From Eledone cirrhosa (Eukaryota), in the NCBI GenBank assembly GCA_964016885.1, contig OZ024746.1, positions 99,448,001-99,512,000 on the forward strand: 64,000 bases of DNA, read 5' to 3'. This document shows positions 57,649-64,000 of this stretch, piece by piece (position 1 is the first letter of the stretch; each line of letters starts with the position of its first letter). Under the pieces are notes generated by a model that saw only the letters and a program-made list of their open reading frames with translations, ran no database searches and had not been told where the DNA came from. Position numbers and translations under genes: made by a program.

Positions 57649-57785
57649 TTAATGTAAGTGAGACTGTAATTACTCTAAAGCAATAGCGTAAGGTCTTCGA
57701 AATGCTTTTAATTAATTAAACAGTGTATTACAAAATATACTATATATACATTTATATATATATCGCTATTTCAGAGCACCAATTC

Positions 57786-57838
<53 letters not shown>

Positions 57839-57840
<2 letters not shown>

Positions 57841-58205
57841 GATATTAAATAAATGGAAACTATATTTATAAAACCATATTTATTTCATTATATATATTTC
57901 AGGGATATCATATTAACAATATGCTATGCCTTCCTCAGACAAAATACAATATAAACAGTTTTATAGATAAATAGATTTGACATACCGTACAACATCGACT
58001 TGTATTTGAAAAGTTGAATTGCCAATTCAACTTTTCAAATACAAGTCGATGTTGTACGGTATGTCAAATCTATTTATCTATAAAACTGTTTATATTGTAT
58101 TTTGTCTGAGGAAGGCATAGCATATTGTTAATATGATATCCCTGAAATATATATAATGAAATAAATATGGTTTTATAAATATAGTTTCCATTTATTTAAT
58201 ATCGT
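57839..58205. mobile_element. Perfect hairpin (~182-bp arms, GCC loop): solo inverted pLTR, hammerhead on both strands
   Basis: 57839-58020 and 58024-58205. Same family as 44218-44913. Confidence 0.9.
58098..58163 (+). ncRNA. Hammerhead ribozyme (mirror copy on minus strand at 57881-57946)
   Basis: tattttgt-CTGAGGA-AGGcATAgCATATTgttAATATGaTATcCCT-GAAA-tatata-TA-atgaaata. Confidence 0.8.
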
Positions 58206-58928
58206 ATATATATTTATTTATTTATTTATATATAACGAAGGAAGTGTGGTAAGGAACCAGGTGGACCATAACGTACCAGAGTATTCGATACTTTGGGTAC
58301 TAGAGTTGGTAATAGGATAATGTTCTAGACCCCGCCGACAGCAGACCTCAAGCCGACAGCTATTTCAGAAATAGCTGTCGGCTTGAGCTCTGCCGTCGGG
58401 GTCTTGAACATGTTCCTATATATATATATATATATATATATGCTGCTATTTAGTTAGACATATTGCCTGAACGAATATTGGCTGGAACCTATCAAAGGCA
58501 TCAAAGTTATATATATCACTTCAAATGGATATCGAGACGTGACCGCATACCTGAGTCACGCTCAACATGACACACCCACTTAGTTAAGTAACTAAACATA
58601 TTTATTGTCTATTTGCGAGCTATCTATATACAGCACAGGTGTGAAGTCACTACCCATCTGTAAGGGGAATATTAAAGAACTATCGCTGATTACATTTGGA
58701 ATGGCCGAATGGATGACTGAATCAAATCTTTTGAGAAACACCTCTCTGATCAGCGTACTGAGAGGGAGAGTTATATCTTTAATATCAATATCTGTTATAT
58801 CAAATATATCGTAAATATGATCCAATTGAGAACTCGATTATTTGATAAACAAATGATATCCATAGGATTGGAGTTCAAAAGTAAAAATAAATGAATCCAA
58901 TGATTACTGAATTGGAAGCATGTCATAG

Positions 58929-58998
<70 letters not shown>

Positions 58999-59044
58999 GA
59001 GAGCGAGAGAGGGGGAGAGAGAGACATATGCATATATATATACA

Positions 59045-59078
<34 letters not shown>

Positions 59079-59116
59079 CATATTATATATATACATATAT
59101 ATATATATTATATATA

Positions 59117-59158
<42 letters not shown>

Positions 59159-59284
59159 TTCACATCTATCTATCAATATATATATATAGATAGATAGATA
59201 TATATGTATATATATCTATATATGATATGTATATATATATATATAAATAATATAAAATCAAAAGATGGTTAAAAGAGTTCCATG

Positions 59285-59350
59285 TATTTTATTATGCGCA
59301 TTTCAAAAACAAATATCATCATGGGATGATATTTGCGTTCTCATCAGATA
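59285..59350 (-). ncRNA. Hammerhead ribozyme in the 3' pLTR (5-nt deletion in stem I)
   Basis: tat-CTGATGA-gaacgCAAATATCATCccatGATGATATTTGttttt-GAAA-tgcgca-TA-ataaaata. Confidence 0.8.
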
Positions 59351-60169
59351 GGGAGACGTGATATGAAGCTTAAAAGACACTTGCGAGCAGTGAAGTGTTA
59401 AATCAACATATGAAAAATAAAATAAGATGGATATATGAGATTGGAAAAACGGAAAGGAAGGGGGAAAGGAAAAGGTAAGGAAGAGGAAGAAAGAATATAG
59501 ACAGAAGAAAAAAATATAATAATAAGGAAAGGATGACGGAGGAGGAGTATAAGAAGGAAGGATGTGAGAGGAGGAAAAAAACCAAAAAAAAAACCGTTGT
59601 AAGATAATACATAATTTATATATTGAAGGGTTTAATAAGATGTGCGGAAAGGAATTTATTAAAATGTATTATTAAAATAAAATATATTAAGAAGATAAGA
59701 TGAATGAAGATAAGGTTAAATGAATTATGAACTTAGAGGAATTAATTAGGGTCCAAGTTTGTTTCTATATATTGTAATAGGAAAAAGTAAATAATAGATT
59801 TAATACGAGCACGGAAGGAGAGAAGAAAGAAAAAATTCAAGGAAGAAAAAATATATAACGTCAAAAAAATATGTTTATAAAATTTCTCTAATGGTATTAT
59901 TAGTATATATTAAAAATAAAGATTTGTATGGCCGAGAATATAAGGAAAATGCTATAGTGAGTTATAAGATGAATTAAGAAGTAATTGAGAAGTAAAAGTT
60001 ACAGATTAAAGATTAGAAATTAAAAAAAAGAAAATTAGGGGACCGCTAACGACATAGTATGAGTAATGTTGTATAATATATTGAAATAAGGTAGAAAGAT
60101 GGGCATATTTGTAAAAAATATAAAAGTGTTTGAGAAAAGAAGATTTTAAACTAATTAGGTAGTAAGATA

Positions 60170-62569
60170 TTAGCTGTATACTTTATGGAAAGTTCTATGG
60201 GATTTATGCAAGCAGAGCGAAAGTAAATCCGTACGTCTATTTATTATAGAATTAAAATTAGAGATAATGGTAAATTTCTCCGCTAGGCAGAGATTACATG
60301 TTCTGGATAGGGAAGAATTAAGGTAAGGAGAGGCGTTGCAAACCTTTCTCCAAGAAATGTTGTAGTTAATATGTTTGTCCTTTAAGGACCATATGAGTTG
60401 TTAGAGTGCCGTGTTAGTTCTTTTAAGTTGGTATTTAAAAGAAGAATTGTGATTATAAAATCTTGCTTTAAAGGAAGTGGAAGTGGAACCAAAATAGGTA
60501 AAAGAATTAGTACCAGTTATAACCTTACATTCATACACTAAATTTTTATCAAGACATTGGATACTAAGAGGACATTTAGTTCTAATAGGGCAATTGCAAT
60601 TACGATTAGAGAAATTACCAGAGTTATTAGCAAGTGACCCAGTATTATTTATAGAAGGAATTGATTTGGAGAAGTTACTTACGATAGGTGCTAAAGTTTC
60701 CTGATTTAGATTGGTATTATGAACATTCGACAAAGTTACGTTTGACGTCGTATTTAAATTTACGGAATCTAGCCTAGAGTTAACATTGACGTTGAGCTTA
60801 CTATTGTTATTATTATGACGCTCAGTGTTGGATGGATATGATTTATTACTTAATATTTTTGTATTATGTTTTAAGATAATGATAGAGATGTTGGAAGTGG
60901 TGGAATAAGAGAATTTAATTGTATGCTTATTAAAGATCTTTCTATAAATATGTGAAGGAGGGAAGCGTTTATCTAAGGCCCTAAAAATAGTTTAGGAAAA
61001 ATAATAGATAGAGAAAAAGAGCGTTGTACCAAATCATATTTTTATATCTCGGTCTTTTCTTTATGCTATTGGAATGCTTATAACTAGCTATATTACTATA
61101 AGTTCCTCCATGATTGGTTTCTTTACTGTATTTAATTTTGTCAGGATAACCGGCTCTGGAAAGCGCATTGTTGTAATAATTGGCATTAGCGTCGAAGATA
61201 AGTTTATTAGAAGATAGATTTGAGATTCTTTTTTCAACATTACTGACTATAGCATTTTTAACGTTAATAGGGTGGTTAGATTTAAAATTAACATAATTTA
61301 GATTCTCATTGTCTTTATGGTAAGGGTAATATAGGCCGGTGTCAAGATTAAGGGATATATCCAGGAAGTTAGCTAGTTTGACGTTGTTTTCAAATTCAAT
61401 TTTTAGGTTATGGTGCTTAAATAGATCAAGTATATTATTCTTAATAATATTAAGGTTAACTAAGTTACAGTTTAAGACAGTAAAAAGTGCATCGTCACGA
61501 TAAATTCCACCGCGAAGTTGAGGAATTTTCCGATTTAAAGAATTCAAAATAAAGATTCCAATCAAGTCCGTCAATTGCGCTGAATCCGACGAACCCCTGG
61601 TGATATCAAAATTGTTGGAATTATCAGCTCTAGTCCAGTATTCGTTGTTGAATTCCAGGATAGTTTTTCTTGCGGTGAGAATGATGTACAGTTCATCTGT
61701 GGTGATGTCAGAATATTTAAATGCAAAAGAGAGAGCGTTGTTGAGGAGTGAAGGCGAAATAGAAGAATAGTAACTGGCAATGTCAAACTGAATAAATTTT
61801 TGTTTGTCTTTATTATTCAGGTCATTGAACCAGTCAATTACATCAGATGTACCAATCCATAAATTTAAGTTAGAAATAGAGCAATTAGAACGAACCTGTG
61901 GGATAATTCTATCCAAGATTGATTTACTAACAACCCCCATATCGGATTTAGAGGGGCGATTAGTCTAACAGGCAGGTCAGTTCGAAAGTTACTTTTGTGA
62001 TCCTTAAGATTTATCCTCGGAGTTCTTGGGAAGAATGGTTCGGTCTTTTTCTCGATGCCAAGTTTAGACATAATCTCAGAAGCTTCCAAGTTTATAGATC
62101 CCAAATTCTCATGGTTAGTTTTACGATAATTCTTCCTAAGTTCCTTAAGGATAAGGTTATTATACTTATCTTTAGATACGCCATATAAATTATTAGTTTT
62201 GTCGGAGTGGACTAAGACATTTTTAGAGGAATTAAGGTCCAAAATTGTATTCCTGAGATTTATAAGGTGCTTCTGTCCTCTATAAGGGTTTCTCTTGAAT
62301 TTAAGTCCTCTTATAATATTAGTTAGTTCTTCCTCAAACTGTGCTAGATTTTTATTGAAAGGAGGATTTCTTCTAGAGTTAAATACATAATCAATATTGT
62401 TACGTTCCTTAGTATAAACATTTCCTTTTAAGCGCTGGTCGTGGAAAAAAGCGATCCATCTAAGCCTTCTCACAAAAGAGTCAGTTTTTTCAATCAGATG
62501 TTTAGTGAATTCAGATTTACCAGGGATAGGAATGTCTTTAAGTGAAGTTGTGATGTTGTAATAATCCAT
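60170..62569 (-). pseudogene. PLE RT + GIY-YIG ORF (~800 codons; 2 frameshifts, 1 in-frame stop)
   Basis: SLKDIPIP...FVRRLRWIAFF, SDKTNNLY, FIQFDIASYYSSI, GGIYRDD, SNHP, CNCPIRTKCPLSIQCL, YFGST, CNLCLAEK, CLH. Frameshifts at ~61950 and ~61015; TAA at 60401. Confidence 0.92.
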
Positions 62570-62769
62570 GTTATAGAAGAAAATTAGAGACAACGAAGGT
62601 ATCCGATATAAGAATTAGCGCTCAAACAGTCGAGGAGCAAGTTAATGTAGGAGGTGAGTTTTATTGTAGCACAATAAAGTAATGCAAATACGGATAAGTA
62701 GCACTCAACAGTTTATAGGACTGGAGTATAAATAATAAAAAATCAATAAATGGTTAAAAGAGTTCCATG

Positions 62770-62840
62770 TATTTTGTTATGCGCATTTCAAAAACAAATA
62801 TCATCATGGGATGACATTTGCGTTCTCATCAGATAAAATA
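62770..62840 (-). ncRNA. Hammerhead ribozyme in the 5' pLTR
   Basis: tattttat-CTGATGA-...-GAAA-tgcgca-TA-acaaaata, with palindromic stem III ATGCGCAT. Confidence 0.85.
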
Positions 62841-63377
62841 GGGAGACATGATATGAAGCTTAAAAAACACTTGCGAGCAGTGAAGTGTTAAATCAACATA
62901 TGAAAAATAAAATAAGATGGATATATGAGATTGGAAAAAAGGAAAGGAAGAGGGGGAAGGAAAAGGTAAGGAAGAGGAAGAAAGAATATAGATAGAAGAA
63001 AAAAATATAATAATAAGGAAGGGATGACGGAGGAGGAGTATAAGAAGGAAGAATGAGAGAGGAGGAGAAAATGAGTGAGAGAGAGAGAGAGAGAGATAAC
63101 CTTTAATACTGAGAAACACTGTCTCACAGAGAAAAATAAAAAAAAAACGTTGTAAGATAATACATAATTTAAAAAATTATAAAATTAACAGTTAATGAGG
63201 TTTATGAATGGTGATGCTTATGATTAAAGAAAAAGGAATTAAGAATACTATTTACTTAAGGTTTATATATTGAACGGTTTTGATTTTATATTATTTATAC
63301 TCCAGTCCTATAAACTGTTGAGTGCTACTTATCCGATATTTGCATTGCTTTATTGTGCTACAATAAAACTCACCTCC

Positions 63378-63434
<57 letters not shown>

Positions 63435-63668
63435 GAGAAGTGAATTTTTCACACGTCGTCCACACGTCGCCAAACACCTATTGCATAACTACAAGGCTCC
63501 GGACTGATTCTTTGTAATTTTATTTTCAACGTAAAAAATTTTCGGACTTTCGCAGTTATCTCCCTGACACCTCTTGCACGTAGTCTAGTATTGCCCGTGT
63601 GCATGACCGGGTTTCTGCGCATGCGCGTTCGTACGGTTGTCCTTCCTATTCCTATAACCATGCCCATT

Positions 63669-63708
63669 CCGAGCTGAAGATCCACTAAGGTGAATCAGTT
63701 GTTCTCGG
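63669..63708 (+). ncRNA. Minimal hammerhead relic
   Basis: ccgag-CTGAAGA-tccactaaggt-GAAT-cagttg-TT-ctcgg, within a 300-bp insert between (TA)n tracts. Confidence 0.55.
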
Positions 63709-63739
63709 TACGGTGAACTAACTGTTGTGTAACCACTTC

Positions 63740-63798
<59 letters not shown>

Positions 63799-63895
63799 TA
63801 TACATATTATATATATATATATATAATATATATATACATATTATATATATATATATATATATAATATATATATACATATTATATATATATATATA

Positions 63896-63926
<31 letters not shown>

Positions 63927-63946
63927 ATATATATATATATACATAT

Positions 63947-63977
<31 letters not shown>

Positions 63978-64000
63978 TATACATATTATATATATATATA

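Larger units (their letters stand above)
59245..63381 (-). mobile_element. Near full-length Naiad-type Penelope-like element
   Basis: Direct pLTRs (~59245-59635 and ~62727-63280), an inverted tail (63280-63381 versus 62646-62745), RT-EN coding sequence between them, and (TA)n at both ends. Confidence 0.93.

Noticed and set aside
58592-58825. 77-aa ORF between TA tracts
   Set aside because: No recognisable homology or splice context.
60170-62569. Selenocysteine-encoding Naiad (in-frame UGA plus SECIS)
   Set aside because: The conserved endonuclease Cys positions in both Naiad-type ORFs are ordinary Cys codons. The only in-frame stop seen is TAA (60401). No convincing SECIS was found by eye.

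Overview
AT-rich, repeat-dense animal genomic DNA. The SINE families and (TA)n/(GA)n/(CAA)n load suggest an octopus or other coleoid cephalopod (inference). Host gene content is three minus-strand exons (45, 124 and 104 bp) of an SLC7 (LAT/b0,+AT-type) amino-acid transporter with 9-13 kb introns. The rest is mobile or repetitive. There are two Naiad-type Penelope-like elements (PLEs; RT + GIY-YIG): one 5'-truncated at 0.3-3.7 kb and one near full-length but disrupted at 59.2-63.4 kb. A second PLE family has two endonuclease-only copies. Also present are many tRNA-derived SINEs, RTE/R4 LINE ends, MITEs, Helitrons, a mariner fragment and four tandem arrays (29, 49, 47 and 90 bp units). The most striking unannotated signal is about 19 type I hammerhead ribozyme motifs (intact to decayed) from roughly a dozen sequence families. 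Most lie next to (TA)n tracts, often in fold-back inserts that put a ribozyme on both strands. These look like ORF-less pseudo-LTR remnants of a diverse (TA)n-targeting PLE population. All motifs were read and folded by eye, and most ORFs in the supplied track are microsatellite artefacts.
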